In this document: positions 1 to 11,229 of the stretch, in pieces
Numbering within the stretch: position 1 is the first letter of the stretch
Layout: each line of letters begins with the position of its first letter
From: an uncultured delta proteobacterium
GTDB lineage: Bacteria; Desulfobacterota; RBG-13-43-22
Direction: 5' to 3'
Assembly (NCBI GenBank): GCA_963743305.1
Contig: CAVUPH010000039.1
Coordinates: 52,913-116,912, forward strand
DNA length: 64,000 nt
Made by a program: the position numbers and the translations under genes
Notes under the pieces: model-generated
Database searches by the model: none
The model's input: only the letters and a program-made list of their open reading frames with translations
What the model was told of the DNA's origin: nothing

Positions 1-1550
1 TTTCTGTGTATTTCAGTTTGTCTTGTGTTGCTGTCTTGCATCGTGATCCCCGAAGCGAAGGCTGCCAATTTCCCGGTTACGGTCTTTACGGACAATGCCT
101 CGGGCGGATTGGCCGGTACGGGCGCCGGTGATCCCGGCGACTTGCGTGCGCAGATCCTGGCCGCCAATGCGGCCGGGGGGACCAACACCATTTCATTCAC
201 CTGCGGCGCGCCGCCTTGTACGATTTCGCTTGGCGGCCCCCTGCCGGCGATTACCGGCGATCTCTCCATCGACGGTGTTACCATGGGAGATATCGTCATC
301 GACGGAGCCGGCACCTACCGGATTTTCTTCGTTGACACCGGCACGGTGGCTCTTCAACACCTCGTCATCCAGAACGGTCGTGCCCAGGGCGGCGCAGGCG
401 GCACTGGCGATGGTGGCGGCGGCGGCGGTGCCGGTCTGGGCGGCGGTCTGTTTGTCAATCAGGCCTCTGCGGCGGTAACGTTAACCAATGTGCGGTTCAT
501 CGGGTGTTCGGCAATCGGCGGCGCCGGCGGGAATTATGTCAGCCAAGCCTTTCCGGGCGGTGGCGGCGGAGGACTGGCGTTTCCGGGCGGCAGCAGCACG
601 GCCAATACCGGTGCTCCGGGCGGCGGGGGAGTTCAAGGCGCGGGTACTGATGTCCCCGCAGGCGCTAATGGCAGTGCCGGCGGTGCCGGCGGCGGTGGTG
701 GTGGTGGACGGCTTGGCGCCGGAACCCCTGGCCTCGGCGGGTCGGGTTACGCCACCAACGGCGGCGGCCAGGATGGAAGCACTGCAAACGGCGGTAACGG
801 CGGTTTCGGCGGCGGCGGTGGTGGTGGGCCTTTAGGCACTGGGGGCACCGGCGGATTTGGGGGCGGTGGCGGCGGTACCGGAACTTCCACCCTGGCCGGC
901 AACGGCGGTGCCGGCGGCGGCGGCGGTGGCAGCGATGGAGGCACAAGAGGAACAGGCGGCTCCCTCGGATCCGGCATCAGTGGCGGTAATGCGGGAACGG
1001 GAACCGGTGGCGGTGGCGGTGGGGCGGCGGTCGGCCCGGCGGTTTTTGTGAACGCCGGCACTTTGACCGCAACGAATGCAGTGGCAACAAGCTCGACGGC
1101 GACAGCCGGTTCGGGTGGCACGGGTCGGACGGGTGGCGCAAGCATCGGAGCGGACGGCGCGGCGAACTCCACCTCTTTGTTCAACTTCGCTGGAACCGTA
1201 AACGGTTCCGGAACGACCGGCCCGCTAACTCTATTGAATCCGCCGCAGACCATCACCTTTGCCACACCAGCTCCCACGCCGGCATTCGCGAAAGGGGGCA
1301 CGTTCACGGTCAGTGCCGCGGCGACGTCGGGCCTGCCCGTGACCTACAGCAGCCAAACGACGGAGGTCTGCACGACCGGAGGCACGACGACGCCGGCGAC
1401 GGTGACCATGGTCACGACCGGCACCTGCATCGTGGCCGCGAATCAGTCGGCGACGGCACGTTTCTTCCTGCACCCGAGGCGACACAGACCATCAGCATCA
1501 CCAGCAAGGTTTTATTACCGTTAATTAGAAAAGGTGAGACTTTGGAGTAA
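1..1550 (+). CDS. Gly-rich secreted surface protein (5'-truncated by window edge; 1-nt frameshift near 1449)
   Basis: Frame is open from base 1 (FLCISVCLVLLSCIVIPEAKA, end of a signal peptide). Contains a 'DLRAQILAANA...TISF' passenger-like start, long poly-Gly tracts and a C-terminal Ig-like 'QTITF...SGLPVTYSS...C...C...NQ' module. A shift at 1449 restores NQSGDGTFLPAPEATQTISITSKVLLPLIRKGETLE* ending at 1550. Confidence 0.7.
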
Positions 1551-2055
1551 ATGGGGATGATTCCGGATGGTTAATTATAGATCGGAATTTCAAAGGCCTA
1601 TCTAAGAACGACTTCGAATCCACGGGCCGCCCGTTCGAGTCAGGCCGGACGCAGCATCAAATCAAGCTTTTCCTACCTGTAATTTGGTAGCAAGTGACAA
1701 AAAATGTTGAGTTCAATCGGAATAGGATGAATTCGGGACGTATTTCTCTCCCCAAACAGGGCCGGCTTTTCCTGTTTTCCGCCTTCTTTTATCTTTTTCC
1801 AAATTCCCTAAAATAAATACAACTCCTTATATTAATTATTTATTTTAGCCATCAATCTTTTGGCCTTCCTATCCCCTCCTCCACATCCCCGGCAGGTTGC
1901 CGGGGTCCAAAAACCTCCCTGGTATTAAATTTGCTGAGTTTACTCCATATCTAAACAAAATCCCAAAAAGTGCCGATGTAGTCGTTATCAAGAATTTTAA
2001 GATTTCAACAATTTTTTCTTTCCAACGATTGGAAAGCAACTTGAAGGGAGGAGCT

Positions 2056-4417
2056 ATGATTGGAGCAAAATTCAAGAAGTCATTTATGGGTGGACTGCTT
2101 TTAGGATTATCTTTATTGCTGCTTTTGACTTCACCGGCCCTGGCCGTGGAAACCCATTGGACTGGAATGAACAGCGAGTGATTGGATTGTACCGGAGAAT
2201 TGGGATCAACGGGGTGCCTGACCAAGGATATGATGTATTTATTGACCTCCCGGGGGCCTATGTTTTTTATCCAGCTTCCGATGTTTCACTTCATAATTCC
2301 GGCAACCCAACGCTCAACTCGCTGTTGTTGGATCCCTCTGACCTTCAGGCAGGAGATGTCAGCCTCGAACAAGTCCAGGACATTCTGACTGTCAAAAACA
2401 CTACGATCGGTAATAACGGCACGGCCAATTACTTCCTTAACGCCGGGACCAACAAAGTCTTGCAGGACCTGACCTTGGGCACCACCGTAAATGGGGAAGG
2501 AAACTATATCATGACCGAGGGATCCCTATCGGTCGGTGGGCATGAAACACTGGGCCTGGCCGGATCAGGGATTCATATTTCAATTTCAGAAGCTTTCAAG
2601 CACATCGCCTTGGGAAGATCACCTTCTTTGGGATGCACTCCTCATGTGACTCCTCCTCACCATGTCACCCCTCCGCCAGTGACGCTCCTCTGTCAGTGCC
2701 ATCCATTCAGTGGGCAAAAACCTTTATCTGGGGGTTGAACGCCTCGGCTTTGGCGAATTCGATCTAGCCGACAGCAGCCTGGACGTCGGCGGGTCAATCA
2801 GAGTGGGGATAAAGGGGACAGGGGTACTTTGAACCAGACCGATAGCACTGTAAAAATAAAGGGTAACGATACGACTCCCTTGACCAGCGAGGGCATCCTT
2901 TCCTCCGCTCCCGTCTTTTCCGCGTTATCCAAGAGTAACCTGAAAAACAATCCACTAGGATGCGTTTCCAGCCGGCAACCGGGATTAATCGTGGGCCTCG
3001 AAAACGTGCACAGCGAAACGAAAACATCGACAACTTGGCCAATATAACCTTTCGGGCGGTACCCTCAATGTCAATTATAGTGAGATCATTGGGTTAGATG
3101 AAGGCGGAGATGGTACCTTTACTCAGTCAAATGGCGTCCATACCATCAATGGAAATCTCTACCTGGGAATGAACAGCGGCAGCTTCGGAGTTTTTGATCT
3201 TTCCGTGAACCCTCTTCCGAGTCCGGACACTCCTACCCCTCCTTCTGTCGGCCTCCTGGACGTCTACGGCTTTGCCTCCGTGGGCTACTTAGGCCAAGGC
3301 GATTTTCTCCAGGATGGCGGAACGGTTAAGATCAGGGGTATCGATCAAGAGGTCAACCTGAGAGGGAAGTCGCTCTCCACAACTATAACCAAGGTCGCAC
3401 CATTAGGCTGCAACCAACCACAACAATATATTGGTTTTACGGTCGGACGTGGGGGAATTGGAACCTATGAGTTGGATGACGGGGAACTTTTGGTGAGCCG
3501 CGGCGAGGTTATCGGGATGCTTTCCGGATCCAACGGCACATTTAGTCAGTTCGGCGGCAATCATTTCATCGGCGGAAATATGACCATCGCCCGGGACCCG
3601 GGGAGTAACGGCCTCTACACCCTTGGCGATCCTAATGCCGATCCTGATGCCGTTGCCCCCAACGGTACTTTGAAGGTCCAGGGCAGCCTGTTGAATAACG
3701 CCGGCGGGACCTTTAATTACTACAGTGGGGAACTTCAGGCCAGCGTAATCAATAAAGGGACTTTCAACGCTTATGGTCCCGGAACCAGGACCTTCCCGAG
3801 CCAGTTCTTCAATTATGGGACTTTTGAGCTCCAAGGCCAACCCGCTGGGTACGGCCGCCTTCGCCCAGAAATTCCGGAATTATGGTGTCTATAAAAGCAG
3901 TGGGAACCCAGGCGTCGATAACCGGTTCACCTACCTTTATGTTGCCAACCAAGGCTCTATCTATACCGAGTCGACGGATAATTATTATGTCACCAAGGAG
4001 TTTACCAATACCAGCACCCAAAATACCGCTTGGAAAACCGATACAGCCAACCTGATCTTCACCGGCCCCGGCCGGAAACCCTTCAAAACCGGCAGCTTGA
4101 ACCTGGGGCCTTCGGGGTTTACCAACAACTTTGCCTGGGACAGCCTGGGAATCGAAGACAATGCGAGTGTCCAGCTCCTCGGCCATCTTTATGCAGATCA
4201 GATTCGAGGGGTTAATGTGAATCCCGTAACCAAAAAAGTCACCAACCTTTTTGGATACTGCGGGATCCATATTTACTATGATACTTCAGATAGTTATAAC
4301 ACATATCTGAATGGCTGGATACTGACTACCCCTTATGGAAAACCGGTGGGACAATTCACTTCCACTGGTTTTGAAGCTTATCGTCTGCCATTAAAAGACT
4401 TACAGATTTATCGCTAA
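2056..4417 (+). CDS. Large secreted beta-helix/passenger-like surface protein, split by several frameshifts
   Basis: RBS GGAGG precedes ATG 2056, followed by signal peptide MIGAKFKKSFMGGLLLGLSLLLLLTSPALA. ORF pieces 2157-2738, 3169-3894 and 3773-4417 share 'GxGxYxL.GGxL.V..E.IG...G.F.Q..G' repeats typical of extracellular beta-strand-repeat proteins. Confidence 0.6.
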
Positions 4418-4488
4418 GGAGGTCTAATAACTTGATTTAAAATAAAGAACTAGGAGCGAGGAAGGCTTTGCTCCTTCCTACCCTCTCC

Positions 4489-4529
4489 ACCCGGCACATA
4501 AGTCATCCAGCTCATGTGCCGGGTTTTTT
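4489..4529 (+). terminator. Rho-independent terminator
   Basis: ACCCGGCACAT...ATGTGCCGGGT stem followed by TTTTT, downstream of the stop at 4417. Confidence 0.7.
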
Positions 4530-4590
4530 ATTCTCATCGGGTTAACATAAAAAAAAGCAGACATTACGTTTGGTATTTGATTTGGCCTGA

Positions 4591-4674
4591 ATCCCGGACT
4601 CGATCCGGGATCCAGGGTAAGAGAAGCTAAAAGGATCCTGGATTCCGGATCGCGCTTCACTTGTCCGGAATGAC
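4591..4674. repeat. REP-doublet-like palindromic element (GTCATTCC/GGAATGAC class)
   Basis: ATCCCGGACTCGATCCGGGATCCAG...CTGGATTCCGGATC...CCGGAATGAC; related to 29960-30043 and 42700-42743. Confidence 0.65.
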
Positions 4675-4789
4675 GAGCTAATTCGGTTCCTTGGAAACCT
4701 GCTTTCAGGCTTCGTGGGTACCCGATTCGAGAGCCTTCTGCGGGTTCATCAGGCTATAAACCTCCCCATTATCCCCCTACTTTCTTTTG

Positions 4790-4818
4790 TTGAAAAATAG
4801 GCCCCCATTCGCTATAGT
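4790..4818 (+). promoter_or_regulatory. sigma70-type promoter of the first pst operon
   Basis: TTGAAA (4790-4795), 17-bp spacer, TATAGT (4813-4818), upstream of the pstS ATG at 4866. Confidence 0.55.
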
Positions 4819-4865
4819 CGATTACGGCTTAGTTTCCGGTTCTATTTGATCCCCTGATAGCCCAG

Positions 4866-5669
4866 ATGAATTCTTTACTAATAAAATTAAGCATTTTCAT
4901 GCTTTGCGGTGGTCTGCTGGCCGGGTGTTCCCGGGGTCCGGCCAAATCTCAATCCATCACCGTTGCCGGGTCCACTTCTGTTCAGCCCTTTGCGGAAAAG
5001 TTGGCCGAAATATACATGGAAGTCAACCCGGAGACCATCGTCAATGTCCAGGGCGGGGGATCCACGGCCGGGATCACCTCCTGCCGGTCGGGAGCCGCTC
5101 AGGTCGGCACCTGTTCCCGGGAGTTGCGCGACGAGGAAAAGGATTTGCACCGCATCGTCATTGCCCATGACGGCATCGCTATTATTGTTCATCCCGGAAA
5201 TTCGATTACCAATCTCTCGATCGAACAGTTGCAAGGAATTTTTACGGGGAGAGTCCGGTCGTGGTCCGAGCTGGGATGGGTAAATAAACCCATTCATTTC
5301 GTCACCCGGGAGGAAGGTTCGGGGACCCGGGATGCCTTTGAACATTTGGTCATGGGTAAAAAAGAGATCTCCGACGAGGCCCTGGTCCAGGACTCCAACG
5401 GTTCGGTACGGGAGATAATCGCCAATGACCCGCAGGCGATCGGCTACATTTCTTTTGGGCTGGTCAATCATCAGGTAAAAACCCTGTCCGTCAATTCCGT
5501 TGTCCCTTCTTTGAAGACGATCAAGGACAAACAATACCAGTTGACCCGGCCCTTTCTCTTTGTAACACAGGGTCAAACCTCGGCGGCCACCAAAAAATTT
5601 ATTGATTTCGTGCTGGGCGCCGACGGACAGCGGATACTGGAGCATGAGGGCCTCATCGGCATCCATTGA
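4866..5669 (+). CDS. pstS: Phosphate ABC transporter substrate-binding lipoprotein (short PstS type)
   Basis: Lipobox LLAGC; AGSTSV, GGGS.AG, REEGSGTR and AIGYIS motifs; first gene of pstSCABB. Confidence 0.92.
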   Translation: MNSLLIKLSIFMLCGGLLAGCSRGPAKSQSITVAGSTSVQPFAEKLAEIYMEVNPETIVNVQGGGSTAGITSCRSGAAQVGTCSRELRDEEKDLHRIVIAHDGIAIIVHPGNSITNLSIEQLQGIFTGRVRSWSELGWVNKPIHFVTREEGSGTRDAFEHLVMGKKEISDEALVQDSNGSVREIIANDPQAIGYISFGLVNHQVKTLSVNSVVPSLKTIKDKQYQLTRPFLFVTQGQTSAATKKFIDFVLGADGQRILEHEGLIGIH

Positions 5670-5671
5670 TC

Positions 5672-6508
5672 ATGAAAGAAAAAATTATTGAAAAAATCCT
5701 CATGATCCTGGCCTTTTCCGCTATCGGGCTGCTTCTGCTGATCACCGTTTTTATTTTCCGGGAGGGGTTTCCAGTCATCCTGAAAGCCGGACTCCAGGAT
5801 TTTCTTTTCAGCGCCAAGTGGGCCCCTACCAAAGGACATTTCGGAATCCTGGCCATGATCATCTCCTCCCTGGCGGTCACGTTCAACGCCATCCTCCTGG
5901 GAGTGCCCCTGGCCTTGGCCTGCGCCATTACCCTGGCGGAGTTTACTCCGCCCCGTTGGGTAGTCGTATTAAAACCCACCATTGAACTCCTGGCCGGGAT
6001 CCCCTCCGTGGTCTTCGGGTTCCTGGGAGTGATCTTTCTGGTTCCCCTGATCCGAGAATACCTCGGCGGGCCGGGGTTATCCCTTCTGGCCGCCTCCGTC
6101 ATCCTGGCCATCATGATCCTCCCCACGATTACCAGTATTTCGATTGACGCCCTCCAGGCCGTACCCTTGTTATATAAAGAGGGTGCCCTGGCCATGGGCG
6201 CCACCCATTGGCAGGCTATTCGCTACGTGTTGCTTCCGGCCGCCCGTTCCGGTGTGGTCACCGCCATCATCCTGGGCATGGCCCGGGCCATCGGGGAAAC
6301 CATGGCCGTCATCATGGTGGCCGGGAATGCCCTTAAAATCCCTACCTCGTTCCTGGACCCGGTCCGGACCTTAACCAGCAACATTGCCTTGGAAATGGGC
6401 TATTCCACCGGAGATCATCGCCAGGCCCTTTTCGCCACCGGGATCATCCTCTTCGTTTTTATTATGGCCTTGAATATCCTGGCCACCACCCTGATGCGCC
6501 GAAAATGA
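5672..6508 (+). CDS. pstC: Phosphate ABC transporter permease PstC
   Basis: ELLAGIPSVVFG, EGALAMGATHWQ (EAA loop) and RAIGETMAVIMVAGN motifs. Confidence 0.92.
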   Translation: MKEKIIEKILMILAFSAIGLLLLITVFIFREGFPVILKAGLQDFLFSAKWAPTKGHFGILAMIISSLAVTFNAILLGVPLALACAITLAEFTPPRWVVVLKPTIELLAGIPSVVFGFLGVIFLVPLIREYLGGPGLSLLAASVILAIMILPTITSISIDALQAVPLLYKEGALAMGATHWQAIRYVLLPAARSGVVTAIILGMARAIGETMAVIMVAGNALKIPTSFLDPVRTLTSNIALEMGYSTGDHRQALFATGIILFVFIMALNILATTLMRRK

Positions 6509-7344
6509 AATTTTTCTCTCCCATCGTCTGGCAGATTATGGTCAAGACCTTGCTCTGGACCCTCACCGGTTTGACCATCGGCATCCTTTTTTTTATCATT
6601 TTCGTCGTCTTCGTTAATGGCGTACCGCAAATTTCCTGGGAGTTTTTATCTACTAATCCGGTCGATATGGGCCGGTCCGGCGGCATTCTGGCCACAATTG
6701 TCAGCACCTTATACATTATTGTGATTGCCCTCCTTTTTGCCACCCCCCTGGGGCTGGGAACGGCCATTTATCTGACTGAATATACCCGGGAAGGCCCGGT
6801 CACCCGGATCATCCGCTTTGGCACGGAATGCCTGGCCGGAATACCCTCGATTATCCTGGGTCTCTTCGGGTTTGCCATCTTCGTCATGGCCTTCGGCTGG
6901 GGTTGGAGCCTGCTTTCGGGAGGTCTGACCCTTTCGGTCATGTTGCTGCCGACCATCATCCGGACCTCGGAAGAATCCATTCTGGCCGTTCCCCGGGAAT
7001 ACCGTGAAGTCAGTTTTTCTTTGGGGCTGGGCAAATGGCAGACCATCACCCGCATCGTCCTGCCCAGCGCGCTGCCCGGAATCGCCACCGGGATCGTGCT
7101 GAGCATCGCCCGCTCCATAGGAGAGACCGCCGTCATCATCTTCACCGCCGGGTCATCCCTGCGGTTCCCCAAAACCATTTTTGAATCCGGGCGCACACTG
7201 GCCGTGCATTTTTATATCCTGGCCCGGGAGGGGATATCCATGCCCATGGCCTACGGCACTGCGGCTGTCCTGATCATCGTTATCCTGGTAATCAATGTCA
7301 GCGCTTACGTGATGATGCGCTATTTCTTAAAAAAATATTCATAG
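6505..7344 (+). CDS. pstA: Phosphate ABC transporter permease PstA
   Basis: LAGIPSIILGLFG, LPTIIRTSEE and RSIGETA motifs; ATGA-type overlap with pstC. Confidence 0.92.
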   Translation: MKFFSPIVWQIMVKTLLWTLTGLTIGILFFIIFVVFVNGVPQISWEFLSTNPVDMGRSGGILATIVSTLYIIVIALLFATPLGLGTAIYLTEYTREGPVTRIIRFGTECLAGIPSIILGLFGFAIFVMAFGWGWSLLSGGLTLSVMLLPTIIRTSEESILAVPREYREVSFSLGLGKWQTITRIVLPSALPGIATGIVLSIARSIGETAVIIFTAGSSLRFPKTIFESGRTLAVHFYILAREGISMPMAYGTAAVLIIVILVINVSAYVMMRYFLKKYS

Positions 7345-7379
7345 AAGCGTCACCCGGATCGCCCCTACCTAATTTCATC

Positions 7380-8136
7380 ATGGCTCCTAAAATCGAAATA
7401 AAAAACCTTTCCGTGGCTTATAATAGAGTCTCCGCCCTGCGGGGGATCAATCTCTCGATTTTCGAAAAGGAAATCACCGGGATTATGGGGCCGTCGAACA
7501 GCGGGAAAAGCACGCTTCTTCAGAATACTAAACCGGCTCATCGACCTGACCCCCCAGGTGACTATCGAGGGGCAGGTCCTGCTGGATGGAGAGAACATCC
7601 TGGATCCCCAATATGATGTCAACCGCCTCCGGACCCGGGTGGGAATCGTTTTTGCCAAACCCATTCCCCTGCCCCGTTCCATTTATGAAAATCTGACCTT
7701 CGGACCCCGCCTCCACGGGGTTCGGGACCGCCGTCTTCTCGATGAACGGGTGGAGGCGAGCCTTAAAGCCGCCATCCTCTGGGGCGAAGTCAAGGACCGC
7801 CTCCATGAGTCGGGCTTGAAGTTATCCGGAGGCCAGCAGCAGCGGTTGTGCATCGCCCGGACCCTGGCCATGCAATCAGAGGTGATCCTTTTAGACGAGC
7901 CCACCTCGGGTCTCGACCCTATCTCCACGGCCAAGATTGAGGAGGCACTGCGGACGCTGAAAAAAGACCATACGGTGGTCATCGTCAGCAATAACACCAA
8001 ACAGATCGCCCGTATTTCCGACCAGGTGGCTTTTATCCTCCTGGGGGACTTGATCGAATACGGGCCGCCTGACCAGATTTTCACCATGGCCAAGGACAAA
8101 CGGACCGAAGATTACGTTTCCGGACGCTTCGGCTAA
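7380..8136 (+). CDS. pstB: Phosphate ABC transporter ATPase PstB copy 1 (frameshift near 7525-7535; degenerate Q-loop and H-switch)
   Basis: Walker A GPSNSGKST in ORF 7380; [24 protein letters not shown] and C-terminal YVSGRFG in ORF 7558. Confidence 0.85.
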
Positions 8137-8149
8137 TAAAGGAATCTTA

Positions 8150-8908
8150 GTGCCCGAAATTACCATCAATCATTTGAACCTGCACTACGGGTCCTTCCAC
8201 GCCCTCAAGGACGTCTCTTCATTTTTCAAAACCCGGACCATTACGGCCCTGATCGGTCCCTCGGGTTGCGGCAAGTCCACGCTCCTGCGCTGTCTGAACC
8301 GGATGAACGATTTGATCGCCGGGGTCCGCATCGAGGGAGAGGTGGTGATCGGGGACAAAAACATATACGCCCCGGCAACCAACCTGATTAAACTGCGCCG
8401 GGAGGTGGGCATGGTCTTCCAACGTCCCAATCCCTTTCCCCTCCCCATTTCGGAAAATGTCCTTTTCGGGCCTAAAATGCACCAGATCCTGCCCAGGGAA
8501 AAAAGCCGGCGCGACGAAATCGTTTTCAATTCCCTTTCGGCTGTGGGGTTGTGGGAAGCGTTAAAAGACCGCTTGGCTCTGTCCGCCCTCACCCTGACCC
8601 TGGAACAACAGCAACGCCTCTGCATGGCCCGGATCCTGGCCCTGGAGTCCCGCATCGTTCTAATGGACGAACCCTGCTCGGCCCTGGACCCCATGGCCAC
8701 GGAAAAGATCGAGAGCCTGATGCTGGAGCTTAAGGAAAAGTACACCATCGTCATCGTCACCCACAATATGCAGCAGGCCGCCCGCATCTCCGATGAATCC
8801 GGTTTTATGCTCCTGGGCGAACTGATCGAGTTCGGTACCACCGGCCAGATCTTCACCAAGCCCCGGGATGAAAGAACAAATGATTATATTACCGGGAGAT
8901 ATGGATAA
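8150..8908 (+). CDS. pstB: Phosphate ABC transporter ATPase PstB copy 2 (degenerate signature motif)
   Basis: GPSGCGKST, MVFQRPNPFP, MDEPCSALDP, IVTHNMQQA and YITGRYG; the signature reads LTLEQ instead of LSGGQ. Confidence 0.9.
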   Translation: MPEITINHLNLHYGSFHALKDVSSFFKTRTITALIGPSGCGKSTLLRCLNRMNDLIAGVRIEGEVVIGDKNIYAPATNLIKLRREVGMVFQRPNPFPLPISENVLFGPKMHQILPREKSRRDEIVFNSLSAVGLWEALKDRLALSALTLTLEQQQRLCMARILALESRIVLMDEPCSALDPMATEKIESLMLELKEKYTIVIVTHNMQQAARISDESGFMLLGELIEFGTTGQIFTKPRDERTNDYITGRYG

Positions 8909-8969
8909 CAAAATTGAGGCCTCCCAACCAAAAGGGCGAACAACTCTAAATATCAACCGGCGATCAATT

Positions 8970-9623
8970 TTAATTTTGTTGCTGGTGTTTGATTACTTTC
9001 CCCTCGATCATGTAGATCACGTGTTCGGAGATGTTGGTAGCCAGATCGGCGGTCCGTTCCAGATTGTGGGCGATTTTCAGGAGGTGCAAGGCCCTCTCGA
9101 TTGTCGACGGGGCGGCTATCATGTAGGTGATCAGTTCTCGCAAAATCTGGGAGGCCAAACCGTCCACCATGTCGTCCCGTTCGCAGACGCTGACCGCCAG
9201 GTCCGGATCTTCATGGACAAAGGCATTGACGGCGTCTCGCAGCATGCCGCTAGCCGCCTCAGCCATCCGGGGCAGGTCCAGCAAAGGTTTAACCAAAGGT
9301 TGGGTGATAAGGAAAAGGCCGTTTTCGGCGCTGTTGGCGGCGTGATCGGCAATCCTTTCCAGGTCATTGTTGATTTTGAGACTCATCAAGATGGTCCGCA
9401 ATTCTTTGGCCTTGGGACTGAATTGGGCGATCATCGTCGTACAGAGGTCATCGATCAGGATTTCCGTCTCATTGGCCTTTTTTTCACTTTTTTCGATGAC
9501 CTGAAGGAACAAATCCCGGTCGCTTCTTAACAGCCCGACGATGCTGTCGTCGATCATTTTTTCCACCAGGAGGGCGTATCCGATCAAGGTCTTCCTGAGC
9601 CCGACAATTTCCTTTTCCAACAT
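8970..9623 (-). CDS. phoU: Phosphate signalling/transport regulator PhoU
   Basis: Twin PhoU repeats (P.AKELR...NDLERIADHA; D..VD...HNLERTADLATNISE...IEG); last gene of the second pst operon. Confidence 0.92.
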   Translation of the reverse strand: MLEKEIVGLRKTLIGYALLVEKMIDDSIVGLLRSDRDLFLQVIEKSEKKANETEILIDDLCTTMIAQFSPKAKELRTILMSLKINNDLERIADHAANSAENGLFLITQPLVKPLLDLPRMAEAASGMLRDAVNAFVHEDPDLAVSVCERDDMVDGLASQILRELITYMIAAPSTIERALHLLKIAHNLERTADLATNISEHVIYMIEGKVIKHQQQN

Positions 9624-9634
9624 AGTTCCCCCGA

Positions 9635-10402
9635 TCAACCAAATTTTCCGGTTAAATATTCTTCCGTCCTCTTGTCCTTGGGAACGGTGAACATCGTTTT
9701 CGTCAATCCGTGTTCAATCAATTCTCCGAGGTAAATAAAAGCCGTATAATCGGACACCCGGGCCGCCTGGCCCATGTTGTGGGTGACCAGGAGCATGGTG
9801 ACGGTTTCTTTCAGGTCCGCGATCAAGGCTTCTATATGGGAGGTCGATTTCGGATCCAGGGCGGAAGTCGGTTCATCCAGTAATAGAATTTCCGGATTCA
9901 TGGCCAGGGCCCGGGCGATACACAGCCTTTGTTGCTGGCCTCCGGACAAAAAGGTCCCCTTGCGATGCAGGAAATCCTTGACCTCGTTCCACAAGGCGGC
10001 CTGCTGGAGTGACCGTTCCACGATCTCCTCGGTTTCCTTTCGGCTGAGCCGAATCCCATTCAATTTATAACCGGCAATGACATTTTCATAAATGCTCATG
10101 GTGGGAAAGGGGTTCGGTTTTTGGAAGACCATGCCGATTTTTTTGCGGAGCACGATCGGTTCCATGGCGTAAATATCCTTATCCCGCAGATAGATCTTGC
10201 CTTGGATGTTAGAACCCGGGATCAACTCGTGCATCCGGTTGATGCAGCGGATGATCGTGGTCTTGCCGCATCCCGAAGGCCCCATCAAGGCGGTGACCTT
10301 ATTGTCTCCGATGGCTAGGGAAACGTCCTTCAGGACGCGGTTATCTCCATAACCGGCGGAAAAATGTTCAATGCGTAAGACGTTTAGAGTTGGATCTTCC
10401 AT
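9635..10402 (-). CDS. pstB: Phosphate ABC transporter ATPase PstB
   Basis: [47 protein letters not shown] and YLTGKFG are all canonical. Confidence 0.95.
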   Translation of the reverse strand: MEDPTLNVLRIEHFSAGYGDNRVLKDVSLAIGDNKVTALMGPSGCGKTTIIRCINRMHELIPGSNIQGKIYLRDKDIYAMEPIVLRKKIGMVFQKPNPFPTMSIYENVIAGYKLNGIRLSRKETEEIVERSLQQAALWNEVKDFLHRKGTFLSGGQQQRLCIARALAMNPEILLLDEPTSALDPKSTSHIEALIADLKETVTMLLVTHNMGQAARVSDYTAFIYLGELIEHGLTKTMFTVPKDKRTEEYLTGKFG

Positions 10403-11229
10403 CTTTTTGAGACTCTCCGGGCGATCAGATTAAACACCAAAACCAGGCTGACCAGGATAAAAGATGCCCCCCAGGCAAATTGGTGAAATTCGGGATAAGG
10501 GCTGGTGGCATAATAAAAAATGATATGGGGCAGGGACTCCATGGGTTTAAAGAGGTTCCAGCTTAAAAAGGGATTGCCAAAGGAGGTGAAGAGCAGCGGA
10601 GCGGTTTCCCCGGTGATCCGAGCGATACCGAGTAAAATGCCGGTCACGATGCCGCTGAGACCGGACGGTATAATCACCTTTAAAATGGTCCGGTGGTAAG
10701 GCACCCCCAGGGCCAGGGAGGCCTCCTTCAGATGATAAGGAATGAGTTTCAGGGTCTCCTCCGTGGACTTGATGATTACGGGAATCATCATCAGGCTCAA
10801 GGCGATACCCCCGGAAAAGACCGAGAAGCTCCTGAAGGGACGAACGATCCAGGTATAGGCGATGATGCCGATGACGATCGAGGGGGTGCCTTGCAGGATT
10901 TCGACACACAGTTTTACCGTTCGCGAGAGGAAGCCCTCCCGCTTTTCCGAGAGGTAGATTCCCGAGGCTATCCCCACGGGCACGGAGAAAAGGCTGGAGA
11001 GTATAATCAGGACAAAAGTGCCCACAATAGCGTTAAAAACCCCGCCCCCGATTTCTCCCGTGGGCCGGGGAACCTCGGTCAGGAAAGCCCAGTTGATGGA
11101 ACTGATCCCGTTTTTCCCGATATAGAAAAGGATCAGCAGCATGGGCGAGATGGAAAGAAAGGAGAGGAGGATAATAGCCCCTTTGAAGCAATTATTTTTA
11201 AATATGCGCCAAGCCGCGTTCGCTTCCAT
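10384..11229 (-). CDS. pstA: Phosphate ABC transporter permease PstA
   Basis: [18 protein letters not shown] and [12 protein letters not shown] motifs. Confidence 0.93.
   Translation of the reverse strand: MEANAAWRIFKNNCFKGAIILLSFLSISPMLLILFYIGKNGISSINWAFLTEVPRPTGEIGGGVFNAIVGTFVLIILSSLFSVPVGIASGIYLSEKREGFLSRTVKLCVEILQGTPSIVIGIIAYTWIVRPFRSFSVFSGGIALSLMMIPVIIKSTEETLKLIPYHLKEASLALGVPYHRTILKVIIPSGLSGIVTGILLGIARITGETAPLLFTSFGNPFLSWNLFKPMESLPHIIFYYATSPYPEFHQFAWGASFILVSLVLVFNLIARRVSKRWKIQL

Noticed and set aside
400-1030. GGC-rich tandem repeats as a non-coding repeat element
   Set aside because: Fully explained by poly-glycine coding in the surface protein.
8868-9530. 220-aa plus-strand ORF after pstB
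   Set aside because: Antisense shadow of phoU.
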